NCBI GenBank assembly: GCA_964187785.1
Contig: OZ076409.1
Span: 89,468,001-89,532,000 of the forward strand
From: Amphiscolops sp. MND2022
Lineage: Eukaryota
Reading direction: 5' to 3'
DNA length: 64,000 nt
This document shows positions 1 through 14,677 of the stretch, piece after piece. Position numbers and translations under genes: made by a program. A model generated the notes under the pieces. That model was given only the letters and a program-made list of their open reading frames with translations. It did not search any database and was not told the origin of the DNA. The first letter of the stretch is position 1; each line of letters begins with the position of its first letter.

Positions 1-3000
1 TGCAACTCGAGAATATATAGGATTTCGTGAACATTGTGAGATTTTTCTCTTATGATAAGAAGAACGTTTTGGAAAGCGCATTTTCAACAACTTTGACTGA
101 CTTTTTTAAAACGTCAGCTATTTTAATTTTGAATTGCTGCATGGTCTGGATAATTGAAGATCCACAGAGACAATAAATATTTTCTGCCGTCTAAAAGTTT
201 GTTTTCAATTTCAATCTGAAATAATTACCGTCAACAGTGACAGGGTACTTGAGGTTGTCAGGAACTTGAAGCTGAAATTTGGGAAGGACCTCAAAGTCTA
301 TTGCAGTGACGTCACGCGATAGCGCAATCACCGATCGCGAGTCGGTTTCGTTAAGAGCCGAAACCCGAATCACTTCTCTGCTCTGTCCATGGGCGAGGCT
401 AAAACAGGAGTCTCATCAAAACATCAACAACTTCAACGTTTTTTCTCTGTCAATTAAACAATGTATTTGTTTGGCATTGCTGAACATTTGGACCCAATTT
501 TAGCGATCCGAAAGCAAATTTCCAAAATTAACAACTCAAAACAAAGTAGTGAAAACACTGAACTCACCAGGGCCAAAAGACTAAAATTGAACGTTTCGCT
601 CTAGTTTGTGGTGCGTTTACACAATGCTATGAAGTTAATTTTTGGTTATATTATTCGTTGCTAAGCATTGAATGTTATACTTGGGAGACTTATAAAGACT
701 TAAAAGTTTTGAGAAGTCTCATTATTGCTACAAGTTTCCTGTCGCTGCCTTGCAACAAGTCACTCATTCGCGGCAAAATTTGTCGTTGAAATTCCAACAT
801 CTAATTTTCTTCAAAGCAATAATTTCGTTGATTTTTGGAGTCAAGGATCTCAATATAATCTTTGATCGTTAACAAGATCTCACTGAGTATTCCAAGTAAC
901 TCACAGCATTGTTTGTCGTTTGCTCAGTGACCTTTTCTCTCCCAGTGAAGGAGTTCGTCCTCGCTCCTGGACTATTCGAAGCAGTCTTTTGGATCGAGAC
1001 AAAACTCCAAAGTTCAGCTCGAAATCGTAACCCATGAAACTAAGGTAGAAGTCTGAAACGGGAACCGATCATCATCATGAACAAGTATTCGATAACAAGT
1101 AAGGGTATTATCATTGGAAACTGAAAAACCTGGCTCAGAAAGATCAACCTCCAGTTTGTGGAAAGGCGTGAATGCTCTAACTGTGATGGGACGGGGCTCA
1201 ATCTGAACATCAGTGAGAGCTCTAAATAAAACAGCCCGGTTGGTTACGTTGGTTATGAAATCGAATCTAGGAAAACTCGTCGAAAACAACTGGTGGAAAA
1301 CAACCCGTCGAAAACAACTGGTCAAAAATACTACGCGGAAAATTCGTCGAAAAGCAACTCGCCGAAATTTGTCCGGCTGCAAACTCAGACAAACATAGTG
1401 CTAGCATTAGGATCGTAGTTGAAGTTCGATGAAGTTCTAAATTTTTATGAAGTGTTACACTGTAAACTATGACAGTTGAAACATTTCAAGCAATTATGTA
1501 ACTAAAACAGCTATGTTATGCGTAAAACTGAAAATTTCACGCATCAATCAAGGAAAATTAATCCACAATTAGCACTGGGGTTCCAGTGTTTAATCTATAA
1601 TTATTCAGCGAGTTAGCACTTAATCATAGTTCGACGAGTTGATTTCGACGCGTTTTCCGCATACCTATGGAATCAACAAATAGTTGAAAAGGTAGACTGT
1701 GAAACGTTTTTATGGGGATAACTATAACTACTGATGGTTTCGATTTTGACGGGAAAATGTTTTATATGAATTCATTCTTGTTAAATGAGTTAATTGAAAT
1801 TACCCGTGGCGGGGACTGAAAGAAATGGAAAAAGTAAATGAAAAGTATGTCTATAGATCGCCAAACGTCAATAAAAAATATGTAATCTTACATGACATTA
1901 TGACCTTTACGGATACCATGCTATATTCCACAATTGGGCACTTTCATTTACAAAATATGCGGATTTAGGTGCCAGCCAAGTTTTCACACAAATACCATAG
2001 CAGAGTGGGTAAATTCTAAATGAAAAGCAATCTAGAAGAACAAACAGATTTCCGCTCAGAAAGTACAAATTGAGAAAAAAAATCAGAGACGATGCATGTG
2101 GAGAAATAATAAACGTTTCCGACTGTGTTATAGCTAGGGGCAACCACAGGCCAATAAAGTCTATTTTCGTGCGCTTATGGTCAACTTTTGGTCAACTTTT
2201 GCTAAGTTTTCAGAGTTTATGAAATCTTTCTGCATACTTGAAGAGTGAACGGCATCAAACAACGAACAAAAGCGCTGACGTACAAGGATGATGCAGGTCC
2301 TATCAAAAATAGGCAGAAATTTAACAGAATTATAGAGCAAAAATTAACGAATTATCAGCCAAAAATACCTTGAAAGAGCGCAAATTTCGCTAAAACCATG
2401 GGATTCAAATCTATTCGTGAATACAATTCAGATCTATATTTGGATACACCAAATTCAATAAATTATGAAAATAATTTGACTACAAAATCTAGTTTTTAAG
2501 TGAAAAAATTAACAAAAATACGCCCAAAAATTGTGAAAATCCTACTTATCTTGCGGCTGCAGGATACGCGGTGCCGAAAAGCGTCCTTAATGCTACCCGG
2601 GCCATCAAGGTAACCCTCAGAAATCAATAAGTAGCAATATAACAGTAAAAACATGCATAAAACCTAAAAAAGAATGACCGTCAAAATTTGACGCACTGAA
2701 ATTTGAATCATTCGAATTTTTCAAAAAAAAGTTTCACCGGTGGCATTGCGGATCGAAACTTATGAACGTCTTCCACCGGTGGCCACCGGTGTTCCACCGG
2801 TGGGTTGCGGTGGGTTTCCAGTACGGGAAACTAGAAGGGAGTCCCTTGTGCTCAACAAAACTTTATTCTGACTTTCAAAAATGCTAAATGGCTGTTTTCA
2901 TTAAATTTCTGTATCCTTCTGATTGCCGAAAACAAAAGCTCGTTTTTTCTCATAAAAAAATTAAAAAGCCGATTGGTGAAATGAAAAGTATTCTGAAAAA

Positions 3001-3854
3001 AATCGCACAGTGGCAAAAAATCCAAAACGTTCAGAAACTTTTTTGTCTAACTAAAAACATCGAAAAACCTAAAGGGGACCCTATTGTGGAATACCAAATT
3101 CAGAAAAGAGCACAATGCCGAAAATTATCAAATTTAGGGAGAGGTTGAATGATTGTGAGATCGAAATTTCGTCGCCATAACTTTCGTCGTATTGATAAAA
3201 ATTAACAGCGTTCGCGAAAAGAGATTCTTTGAAATATTCACTCATTTAGTTATTAAAATGAGATCTTAACAAGTTTCATTTTGACACCAAAACTGAGTCA
3301 AAAAGCTAATTGCATTCAATCAATTCATCAAGACGCTTATTGAGCAATGGTAAGTTTTCAGTCCTGAACCATTGTACCGGTGTATGGTGATTGACACCAT
3401 ACTAGCCAAAATTTTGCTTTTCAAATTTACACTATTTGTAAACAAAGCGCTGATATTGTTTCATTTTTTGTCATTCATCCAAAATGGAGCTCTTTTTTGC
3501 TGCTCATTTTAATTTATGGCGGAGAAAATTTGCAATGTATTCGGCGCTTTACTATACAATTTAGGCTTGTTCCGACGGTGAATTTTTGCTTTTTTTCAAT
3601 TTTGGTTTCAAGTGTCGAAACAGCTTCGTGTTGGGAGTGGGATAAGAAACAATGTGTATCTGGGGCGGGAGGGATAAGGAACATGGTCCGAAACGTTTTC
3701 TGTTAAAACCATTACTAAAAGTCGATAATAGCAATAATTGGACAATTACCGATAATTATTAAGATAATTATCAAGACTCGATAAATTTTAAGACATCAAT
3801 AATATTATACAATTCCTAATAGCTTAGATAAAAATCGACGTTTTATAGAGCGTA

Positions 3855-3940
3855 ATTTCCGACGACTAAATTTCTGACGACGAAATTTCTGACGATGAAA
3901 TTTCTGACGACGAAATTTCTGCCGACGAAATTTCTGATAA
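3855..3940. repeat. 15-bp tandem repeat (aaatttctgacgacg)n
   Basis: 5-6 copies. Confidence 0.85.
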
Positions 3941-4559
3941 TCGAATGATTCTGGCATTTCGGTTTTTTGGAGAATTTTTGTAGAACTTTTATGGTCGCTC
4001 CGACGGGTTGAGCCATTACGATAAAATATCATTATAATAGTCGCGCTTTGTTTCATAAAGCGCCGAATAAAAATGGAAAGTTCGTCGATGGTTCGGTTAG
4101 AACTTAGTTTCGGTTGCCTTGCAGACAGTAAGAAAAACTTCAGAAGGTTTTGTGTATTTGTGAAATATACAAAATCTGTTTGTTCAGGGTGCCTGTTAAT
4201 TCAGATAGAAATTAATGTTGTTGTCGTCTTTTTTCATCAAGCGCCGTTTATACAGTAAAAACTAGGCAGATTTGCCTTCAAAACCTTTGCAAAACCAAAC
4301 AGAAACTTTGCTAAAAACACTTTGCCAAAACGGTCGATTATTTAAAATCCTCTAGACCATCCCTAGAAAGCATGGGAAGTCTCATTGCATGACAACAGAT
4401 TCCAGAACATACTTCCTAAACTTTTCAAACAGAAACTTTGTCAATGTCCAAACAATATTCTTTCAACGAAGACTGATGCCTAATGACAGTGTCTCAAGTT
4501 GAAATTGTCGGAAATGTTACAAAAAAATCTAGTCGTATCAGAAGAAAACAAGTTGTTAT

Positions 4560-4830
4560 AAGGACGTTAAAAGAGCACAATCACCCTACGTTATCTCCCA
4601 TCTTGTTTGAAAAATGCAATTAAGGTGGTCTGAAAATCGTTCTAAAACCTTACAAAATAAAAACTAAAACTAAAACGGCGTGCGGATTTGATCCTTTTTA
4701 TCCAGTTTGCTGCGAGGAAGAGAAGGAAATTGGACGAATTTTCTACCAGACCGATTTTTATTGAGTCTCACAGTCCCGAAGTTATCTTGGAGCTTTTGCT
4801 GTTTTCTTGGCGTTGGCTTCATAATACATG
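4560..4830 (-). mobile_element. Possible piggyBac-like transposase relic
   Basis: GTVRLNKNR followed by a frameshifted RW(E)DN-like segment, reminiscent of piggyBac GTxRxNR and WxDNxxV; very degraded. Confidence 0.3.
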
Positions 4831-7800
4831 ATACGGAGAACTTGGATGCTTCAAGCAGCAAATTATTATGTAAATCAAGGATATTCTGTCAGTCTATATC
4901 ATGAACAATAGAGATTTATGGTTTTTCAGCAATACTTTAATACTGGATTGTGCTGTGATTGATGAAATGGGCGCAAACTGGAAGAGCACCGATGCTCATT
5001 CTGCGACCACTTAGGATATCTATAAATTTAAAATATTCCTATTATAATAATCTAATGAAATTCAAAGTTCTATGTTTTATGGTCGATACGTTTTCAGTCT
5101 TCAGGCAATTTTCCACAGAATAAAGTTGTACTGAAATTTTACAAGGAAAAGGGTTGCTTTAAATTACTTTATCCTCCTTCCTCCCCTGGAAGTGATACTG
5201 GATGGTTCATTGTTTAGAGGGGGCAGAGTAGATCCCCGGGTATCGGCCGATGTCGGCTTCTCCACGTCAAAAACCAACTCTGGTTCTGTCGCGTTTTGAT
5301 TTATGTCTGGCAGTTCTGGGCTTTCCGCATTAGCCGGAAGACTTCCAGCCATTTCTTCACTGGCAGCAATACTAGCAACTTCGTCCATTTTTTCGGAGCA
5401 CTCGTTTTGTCCCACTTGATCGTCTATAATCATTCAAATTAGATATAAAAATTGGGCTTCATCTCGAATCAGAGAGGCATGCGTAAGAGATTGAAGCGTT
5501 TTGAGAGACATTGGAGTTTACATTTCTGAAAAGCGTTTGAATAAAAAAACTCGAGGGTCCGTAACGTTTACGAAGTTGTTGAAAAAATCCAAGTTTACTA
5601 AAAAAAAAATCAGGAATTTTGAATTCAAAGCTTATAGTATGTTAAACAGTTCTTGCGTCATGGCCTCTACCGAGCTTCGGTTTCAGGCAGTACCTGCCTA
5701 CTGTAGATAAACATTAAACTCAGATATAGAATCTGGAGATGTATTTGTTTATGTATTGTATGTTGTCGGGTTTTAGTTGCATTATAGCAAGATATTATTT
5801 CAATACTTCTGTTTTCTAACTTTAGTTTTATAGTATAACAGCGTCATTCACTGTTTTTTAATGCTCTTGAAATGACACAAGCATTTGCTGACAGCTTTTT
5901 GCACTCTTTCTCAGATTTCCATGATACGAAAAAATCTGGTTTTCAAGTTTCAAGCCAAGTCGAGTTCCATACTCAATCTAGTAGTGATGGAGTTTTTTAT
6001 GATAATTAATGGTCAGTTTGAAAAAATAAAAACTTTTGTAGCAATCAGAAGTTTTCCAGACAGCCTCACTTAGATCATTTTTGGTGATGATCCCGTCAGA
6101 TGGTGCCTCCAGCATTGCACGCACAGCCTGTGAAGTGCCGAGCAAGTCAGTTCCCATCCAAGTCGACAGTCTCCATCTGTTAGTCTGGCCCACCTGGCTC
6201 CTTATCCGGTTCTTCCAGCCTATCGTAAGCTGATTGGAACAAAAAGAACTGATTACAACAACTAACAGATCTTGTGAGCTACACAAAATCTTCGGTCCAT
6301 GTTTCTTACCCCATGGGGTGGGGGGCGGGGGGATAAGACACATGGTCCAATGAAATAATTGATGTCAACATAATCCTATCTTTTACATTGATATTTTGGA
6401 CAATAATATCAAACAATTAGGATTTTTTTTGCTGGAAGTGTCAAAGCAAATGTAGAGACAATCCTGTAAGTATTTACATTCATATAATATTCTCTAATTA
6501 GTGAAATAATTTTATTCAAGAACAAAATGTGCTTTCGTGTTGGGGGGGGGGGATTAGCAACAAGGTGTACCTGGGGGGAGGATAGAACACATGGTCAATT
6601 CGATACAAGCTGTAACTTGGGGGACCTTTGTCCAAAACTTTCTTAAACTTACTTTTTGTGGAACTTCGTTGAAATTCTTTGCTCTAGGTAGCAAGGCTTT
6701 GTAGGGAGCTGTTTTGATGTTTCTAAAACCAAATGACGCCAATCTGTTCTCAAATCGAGGAGCGAAAGTAGACATTTGATGATTTTTAACCAAATTGAAG
6801 AAAAACAGTTTTGGTTCGATTGAACTTTCTTTTTCATACCTCTTATATTCCTGCATTGGTTTCGTCATCTGGGGAGGCACGATTGGTGCAAAGGTGTAGA
6901 AATTGACCACGTTTTGATTCTCATCTGTTTGAGTTTGGGCTGCGAACGACTTTTCTCTCATCAACGGAAATTTCTAAAACACTCTTTAAACTACATTTGA
7001 GACTGACATATTTAAAAGTTTCCTGGCGTAACGAGAAGCTCAAATATTAAGTCAATAACAAAAAGAGAAACGGAATTACCGTGATATTCTGCACTAGAAT
7101 ACAAATCAATAGGCAAAGGTTTTGGAGAAACCTTTTATCCAAAATTTCAAATTTTATGCAGAACATTATCAACAGAAATATCTGTGGTTGAATATCAATA
7201 AAAATAATAACTTTATAATAATAATAATTGAATTTATCTAGTGATGTATATTTGGCAAATAAATATCAAATCAGATTATACTAAAAACACACCAGAAAAG
7301 ACTCCCAAAGGCCTTCTGCCCGCTGGAAGGGAGCCTTAACGAATTAAAAACAACAAATTGTAAGCCTTACGATTGAACATTCTGATATATCTATTGTCTA
7401 AAAAATTCTAAGTCAACAACGAAAAAGCGAGGCCAACGAAGCGTATCGGAAAGAAAGATTAAAAAATACCTTTCAATCCTTGACAATTGCTTCATCGGCA
7501 GCGTGCAAGCTAAGCCCTAGTATCTAAAGTGATTCAACTCATAATCAATTGAAGAGAACAGAGCACAATCAAGAAGAGTGTCAAACAAGGGTGAACAAAT
7601 CCGAACTCAGAACTGCTTTATACAGCATTTTGGTGAAATTTGCCAATGCAACCCCCCTCTACTTACAGCGGAATGTGCCATGTAAGCCTCTGAGAGGCTC
7701 ACGTGGAGGACATGGACAGTCTAACTGAGACCACACAGGGGGATGCATCGGCATTTAGTGGGATACTTATGGGTTAACCCATCAATAGTCCATTAATACA

Positions 7801-9120
7801 GACCTCGCCAAAAACTGAGAAAACTAGAGTAAACATACGGTGGAGAATGATGATAACACAGTCAATTAATTAAGGCACTAAAAGAGGTAGCCAAAAAGTA
7901 AACCGAGTCAATACAAAGGTTATGAAAGAAAATCCTTTAGCTTGTAGATAGACAATCTTACATTCAACAAGGTTGTAAGCTCAGGAGCACGGCAAAGAGA
8001 AGGCTTTGGTAGATTTCTCTATGGGGTCTTCGATGCTTGGTATGCCCGCGTCACATTCGCTGTTAGCAATGGAAGCCTCACTGGAGTTCTTAAACAAACC
8101 GGACGAGCTCCGTATTTCCGAATAGCTTCTGAGAAACCTATGGAACAACTCTTTGAACACGTCTACGGAAAAGTTTTCGAGCTCATCATTATCCGGTAAA
8201 ACAGACTAATTTTTAAGTTTGCTGTAAAGTCGAAGGACACGTATTGAGAGCAACTGTCGATACATTTTATTGTAGGTAGGAGACAGGTTCGATCGCGAGC
8301 TCGAGTTTCTTATTCCTCAAGTCGTTATCTTTTAAACTCTTCTCACCGGTCATAACTAAAGGAGGCTTATTAAGATCTATCCGCTTCGGAATAAAGATAT
8401 TAAGTTCAAAGAAGTATGGAATATAGACATAGCATTGAGACTGTAGAGACAACCCAATGAAATTTTGGCTCAACTGACTACGGTTTCAGTATAGGTTAAT
8501 ATGATAGACTTCTTCGACCGAAAATATGTTTGCAGAGATATTTGACCATACCAATAGTGTCTCAAATTATGGCAGAAATACGGTAGTGTCTTTCATTTGA
8601 AAGTCGGTGTAGACTTTGACCAGGCTGAACTTGGTTTCGTTAAAAAATGTAGAAGTTTTCTTTGAAAAAAAGTTCCTTGTATCCCAACCTGTTTTGTACA
8701 TTCCCAACTGCAAATACACATTTGAAAAATTTACACAAACAGCTTTTTTTAGAAGGTTTTCTCATTCAAAAGTATCAATTCAGCATCTCAAAAATATGAT
8801 CGAGAGAAGGAAAGTTTATTTATGCAAAATTAATACAATAAATACAATAATACATATATAATTATAAAAACTCAAGTTAAATGTTTTCAATGAGGACCAA
8901 TGTTTTGCACCTCTTCGAGCCTCTGCCCTAGGCAATCACTTAAGTAACTTCAGCTGATAACTAGATAGAACCTAGATTTGGAGAAAAAAGCCTAGTATTG
9001 GAGACGGGTATACCGAGTAAAACTTTTTTAAAAAAGGTAAAGTCACAAATATAACTATTGTTTGTAATAACTTCGAAATAGAAAAATTCTGGCCCCAATT
9101 GAAGATGTATTGGTAACAAA

Positions 9121-9437
9121 TAGGGCTGTGCAATTATCATTTTCTGAGTTCGGTCTGTTGTTCAAAAATCAGTCGGTTATCGGTTATCGGTCGGTTATTC
9201 ATTAAAAAATGTGAACAAAACAGTGAAAAGTTCGCGAAAAGTTTCTGGCTTTAGAGATTCTCTTCGCGTAGTGATTATGTTGCCTGAATCGGACCAATGA
9301 CGTTCTTCACCACGATTGCTTCAATTTAATTGATTGACCGAATTAACCGAAGTCGGTTATATCGTAAGTCGGTCGTTTTCGGTTATCGACAACTTCGGTC
9401 AATTAATCGAGTTCGGTCCGTTAATTGCACAGCCCTA
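9121..9437. mobile_element. hAT-superfamily MITE
   Basis: Perfect 16-bp terminal inverted repeats (TIRs) TAGGGCTGTGCAATTA / TAATTGCACAGCCCTA. Perfect 8-bp TSD GTAACAAA at 9113-9120 and 9438-9445. Internal tcggtt repeats. Confidence 0.92.
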
Positions 9438-9514
9438 GTAACAAAGAGTTACTTGGAATAATTTTTCGGATTGAAAAACCTCCCTAGCGTCGTCCCACCA
9501 ACGAAGGTGACAGT

Positions 9515-9850
9515 ATCTTTTTATTTTCCGACCCCACATTTTCAATGGGGGAGGAAAATCATGATCTGTGATGCGTTTTCTTTATTTTCTGACCCCAAAC
9601 TTTCAATGGGGGAGGAAAATTATGATCTGTTATTTTCCGACCCCACATTTTCAATGGGGGAGGAAAATTATGATCTGTTATTTTCCGACCCCACATTTTC
9701 AATGGGGGAGGAAAATTATGAGCTGTTTTTTTTCGACCCCACATTTTCAATGGGGGAGGAAAATTATGATCTATTATTTTCCGACCCCAAATTTTCAATG
9801 GGGGAGGAAAATCATGATCTGTGATGCGTTTTTTTCCATATTCTGCCAAA
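9515..9850. repeat. 48-bp minisatellite within a dispersed repeat family
   Basis: About 6 copies of tattttccgaccccacattttcaatgggggaggaaaattatgatctgt. Related sequence with shared flanks at 20750-21180 and 63660-63885. Confidence 0.9.
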
Positions 9851-11074
9851 GTTGACTCACCTACTCACCTGACTCACCTGACTATTTTAGTTACTTGACT
9901 ATTTTATGGGAATAATATCTAAAGTCAAAAAAGAGAATAAGATCTGAAGAGAATAAGATCTAAAATCACTAAATTTTAGATCTTATTCTTTAGATCCTAT
10001 TCCCCCTCCCAAAAAAGCTATGCCTCAGTTGGCAAAGGCGAAGATTGTTGTTCAACCATTATTTTTAGCAGAAAGCATCATTACATCATACCTTGAAAGT
10101 GCCAACATTGCAAAGGACTCCCTTCTTCAATCTCCCTCGGGCTGCTTCGTGCACGTGGGTCTGAGTCCTGGCTTCTATCATCTCTGCTACCTTCTCACAG
10201 GGCATGCATCGATGCAAAATAAATGTTCATTAAAGACGCATAGTAATGGTTGAAGTAATTCAAAAAGTACAACAGCGCTTGCGAGCGAGCGAGCGTTTTT
10301 TGGTCTTGGTTACAATGCAATGACGTTAAAGTCTAAATCACTCAAGATTTTACACAGATCAAATTAAAACAAAGAAATTGTATTAAGTTGAATTTGAGGA
10401 GTACAATTTTCAAAAGTGCACGTCTTGTTTTGTTGTTTGAAGCAATACAATTACTGTAAAACGAAGCTCTCTCGAATTATTTAACTTCAGTCTGGTAATT
10501 TTTTCAAGCAAGTTCTTGACTATAGTCAATGAAGGATGAGGATAGAGGATAGAAATCAGGAAAGAAAACGGTGCCCACCTTGCAGAATGGAATGATTGAA
10601 GCTAATATTTCATACCAGAATTATGTCTTTATTGGGAAAAACCTCATCAATTGCACTGATACACAATGGCATCAAAAAGCTAAAGATAGCCAATTTCACA
10701 GACGAAAACTTTTTTAGAAACATGCATGACAAAAAATGTCCCATGCGTCAAGTGGGTGGAGCATGATGTTGTGAAGTTGAATTCTATGGGTGAAACCCTT
10801 TAGCTTAGATATAAAATTGGTGCTGGGCAAATTTTGCAAAAACCGTTTGGTTTATATATTTTCCTTTTCCATATAAAATATGGACGGAAAATAAAAAAAA
10901 TGACCAATAAGAGAAGAAAAAATAGAGGTTAAAAAATCCACAAATTCGTTTACTGATTTAAACTTTGAAAGTCTAGCAAGGTAATAAACTGGTGTATATT
11001 ACCCTTGAGATTACAGGAACAACTTCAGAACTATCGTCTACTCAACTGTCATTGGACTGTTTTCAATGCTCATC

Positions 11075-11352
11075 TCTGACCAGGCTTCACTAAAAGTAAT
11101 TTTTTACCAAATCGGGCGTGCGCTGACCTTTGTTGACCTGTCGGGATACTGGGTCAATGCCCCCAAAAGCAATCAGAACCCGCGTGGAACCCTATTTGAG
11201 AAGTGACCGCAAATACATGAAACTTTTGTGTTTGCTGATGGACTCTAGTGATAACATAACGGATGATTATTTTCAAGCCATGCAGATTTTGAATGCATTT
11301 GAGGATTCCTACGCTTTAATACTTACAAAGTGCGATACTGCAGATCAAGTGA
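11075..11352 (+). pseudogene. EngB/YihA-family (GTPBP8-like) GTPase fragment, frameshifted
   Basis: PGFTK, FYQIGRALTFVDLSGY (degenerate DxPGYG), LLCLLMDS and LILTKCD motifs spread over shifted frames. Confidence 0.65.
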
Positions 11353-11779
11353 CATCAATACACATCTTTGTACATTTTAAGCTATGTTCGTCTTGAATTG
11401 ATGTTCTAACAATGTAAACTGATAGATAACGTCAGGGATATCACTCTTATATTGATTTATACATTTTTCAAGGGCTTCTCCAGCTCTAGTTTCATGTTTT
11501 TATTGTTACTCCCTAAGAAATATAAATTATAAATAGACTGACGCTTTGATGAGGTGGTTTTTTAAAACATCTCTTTGAATAACGACACTCATAAAAAGAA
11601 TGTTCGTGTTTTTATTTTCTAAAAACCCCAATTAGTTTGTACCCCTTCTTTCATAATTCAAATCAACCCTCATTTAATACAGTTGCTTTGCAAGATACTT
11701 TCTCAATTGCTTTGGGAACTTTTCAACCTTTCTTTTCTATGATCAAACTTGGTTTCATCAATCATTTGTGAAGAATTCA

Positions 11780-12383
11780 ATTTTTCCCTTCACAAGCCTC
11801 ATTTTTGCTTGGGCAAAGATAGGAAATAAGAGAAATAAACGGTTTAGAAGACTAGAGACGCCCGCCCCAGAGAGGGAGCTGAACAATACTCAGATTGAAA
11901 CACCTAATGCAGGTAATGAGACTTTAACCAATTCTAATGTTAATGTCAAGAAGGCTTAGGTGATGGTAGCTCAGAGAATCAACTGACTGAGCCTAGTCTC
12001 ATCAGTAACGAAATACAAGTTTGGACCCAAATGTTTGAACAAAAAAATAACGACAGAATTACGAGAATGAGGGAAGAAATGGATAACAATTTAGAACTTT
12101 TCTAAAGGAAAATAGAACCAACAAAAGCGCTTCAACAGTCACAAACCCTAGGTCTCAAACACTAGAATCCCAAAACATTCATTACTCGGGATCCAAGGTG
12201 CATAAATCTATAGGAGTTCACGCATCAAACACTGAAAATTCGACACAGAAGACGAGGATTATCCTCTCAGACCCTCTGCCATGGACAATTTGAGACATCC
12301 TGCTAAGCCCTTGTATAGAAATGAGTTAGATGTAGATGCTACAGTATGTTCAAATGAGGACTCAGAGGAGAAGGATTTTCACA
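11780..12383 (+). mobile_element. Probable 3' part of another degraded LTR with a Gag-N-like ORF
   Basis: Broken ORF GNKRNKRFRRLETP...QKNNDRITRMREEMDN...EDSEEKDFH, with a basic start and coiled-coil character, ending at CA. Left boundary and TSD not established. Confidence 0.45.
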
Positions 12384-12497
12384 TTGATTTTAGAATGATT
12401 GCATGTTAGGCTTTATAGTATGTTTAGTCCAACTTGTCAATCATGTATCAAGTTCAAATATACATCTCTTGCCAGTATTACTATTGTTATTGTAAGA

Positions 12498-12647
12498 CAA
12501 GAGTTGGTTGTGTCTGGGGTTGCTTGGGAGTCTGCCGAAGTGCTATCCAATTATTTGATTGCCCATCCAGAGATTGTGAGGAACAGAAACGCGCTGAAAC
12601 TAGGAGCTGGTATCGGCTTGTGCTCAATTGTAGCAAGTCACTTGATG
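12498..12647 (+). pseudogene. Isolated exon or fragment of a METTL21-like lysine methyltransferase
   Basis: GVAWESAEVLSNYL...VRNRNALKLGAGIGLCSIVASHL resembles W..A..L..YL and motif I (LELGAGTG) with E->K. A gtaact donor follows. No partner exons recognised. Confidence 0.6.
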
Positions 12648-13394
12648 GTAACTGTTTTATACATTCATAAGAAGTTGTGTTCTTCATACACGGTTGCCAA
12701 ACAGGTGAATAAAAAATCTATGCAACAGTGTTCTGTTTCGTTTTTTTCTCAGATTAAAATCGAAAGAATATATTGGATACCAGATACCGGATATTTCGGA
12801 GAGTTTTTTCGGATTTCAACCGGATTCTGGATAGTAGTAAATACTTTCTTCAATCATTTTTTTCGCTTTTATGTACAATTTAGTTCTTGAAATTGCAATT
12901 TTGTTTTCAAAATTGATTTTTTCCAGATCATGGGTTGACGTACTGGTAAGATTTGGTGAAGTTTTTTTTACTGCTGTGGATGATTTTTACTGTCACTCGG
13001 ATTGTAAAAAAACTGAAATGGGAAGATCATTGTTAGTTATGCAACTTCGTCGTTGATTATAACGTAAATACTATGAAAAACACACCATCATTGTTTTATA
13101 ACAACCCTGGCTTCAAATGACAGGAAGCATTTTGAAGCGAACAACTTTAAACTTGTTTGAAAGTTGTTTAATGTTTTAAAATTGTTTGATGTTGAATAAA
13201 ACTCAACTGAGTCATTCGCAAGTTAGAATGAAGCATGTTTTTTTTGTATGTGAATGTACCCATTTCGCTTTCACCAGAACAGATGCCTTGTGACCTGGGT
13301 GGCATATGATGCTCTACATTTTGGTGAGAATGAAACAGATATGCAAGATGCTGTTGATGCAACATTTTTATTGCTGAAAGAGTATGTGCATTAG

Positions 13395-13570
13395 TATAGG
13401 CAAAACCAAACATATGTTCTGTTTGCGTGGGAAAATTAGCAAAACTCGATCAATCACAGCTCATGGCCAGTCGATCGAAAGAGTTGACGTGTTTTGTTAT
13501 CTGGGAATAGTCTTCACATGTAACAATACCTTTCAGTCTACGATAAAACACAACATAGACAAGGCAAGAA
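13395..13570 (+). mobile_element. LINE RT C-terminal fragment
   Basis: KTKHMF...IERVDVFCYLGIVF...HNIDKARK motif. Confidence 0.55.
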
Positions 13571-14514
13571 AACTTACCTCAAAAAATAGTTACCTACATA
13601 AGTATCGACCAGAACTCGCGCGATATATGAAAAATTCATTGGACCTGAAAAGCTGAAACTAATCAACTTTAGGTGTGCGTCGACTATTGATATGGTGATG
13701 CGGAACTCCTTGGTTGAAACGTGTCCCCAATGTGGTTGCTATTTTGTTCCGAGCGATCCGTTATTCAACTGTGGGAGTGTAAGTTCAAAACACCAACAGC
13801 TTTCGCCCAAAGTACAAATTTTTACTTTGCTCACCCTAATTTAATATGGATGACCAGCTGATGAATATGTCTAAAGGTACTCTTTTGATAAACATGTAAA
13901 AACTTGTCCTATACATTTTACATTGTTGTACCAGTATTGATGAATGCTTGTGAGCTGCGATTTGTACGCCTTCGGGCAACATAATTATTTGACTCTCTCT
14001 CACCACCGAGAAATGGTATATGCTTGCAGTCGAGAGACAATTTGACCAATCAACGCTTTCAAAACGTATGGCGACAACTCATCTCAAGCGATAACTCATT
14101 TCATGTGGAAGCTCCTATCAAATTGAAAAAGCGACAACTCCTCCAGCAACGAAACGTCAATCAAAACTCGTATCAGAGAGTTACATTATGTAAGTCTTGT
14201 ATAAGAATAAGTTTGAAGAATTGATCCCAAATAAGTCACTAAATAAGTAGAGAAAAATGGTTTTTCGATAAGCGATTGTTGGTTACAGAAATTCTGATAT
14301 AGTAACAAGATTTCATTGTAAACATCAGTGCCATGGATAACCAAACCATGTTATTATCACACCTTCAGTTGAAGGGTTACCAAAAAAAATGGGTTTTCTA
14401 ATTTCAGATGATTATATTTTTTAAACGATAACCAGGTTAAATATAATTTAGGTATTTGTAACCTATACATGTTATGATTTGGTAGCTTTTTCCTTATTAA
14501 TTTAAGTTATCGCG

Positions 14515-14677
14515 CCTGATATGAGTTGTAGCTTGATATGAGTTGTCGCTTAATATAACTTATCGCTTGATATGAGTTGTCACTTTTTTGATTCGATATG
14601 AATTGTGGCTTGATATGAGTTGTCGCTTGATATGAGTTGTCGCTTGATATGAGTTGTCGCTTGATATGAGTTGTCGC
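14515..14677. repeat. 17-bp tandem repeat (gcttgatatgagttgtc)n
   Basis: About 9 imperfect copies. Confidence 0.85.

Noticed and set aside
5164..5433. Possible first exon of a host gene (acidic 89-aa ORF with a gtaatt donor)
   Set aside because: The next plausible exon hits a stop within ~30 codons; no recognisable domain; may belong to a transposase relic.
7950..8480. Possible hAT dimerisation-domain relic (IANSECDAG) on the minus strand
   Set aside because: Too degraded to support without a profile search.
9515..9850. Regular repeats resembling a CRISPR array, and repetitive ORFs on both strands
   Set aside because: Head-to-tail 48-bp units with no unique spacers and no cas genes, in eukaryotic context; the ORFs arise because the unit length is a multiple of 3.
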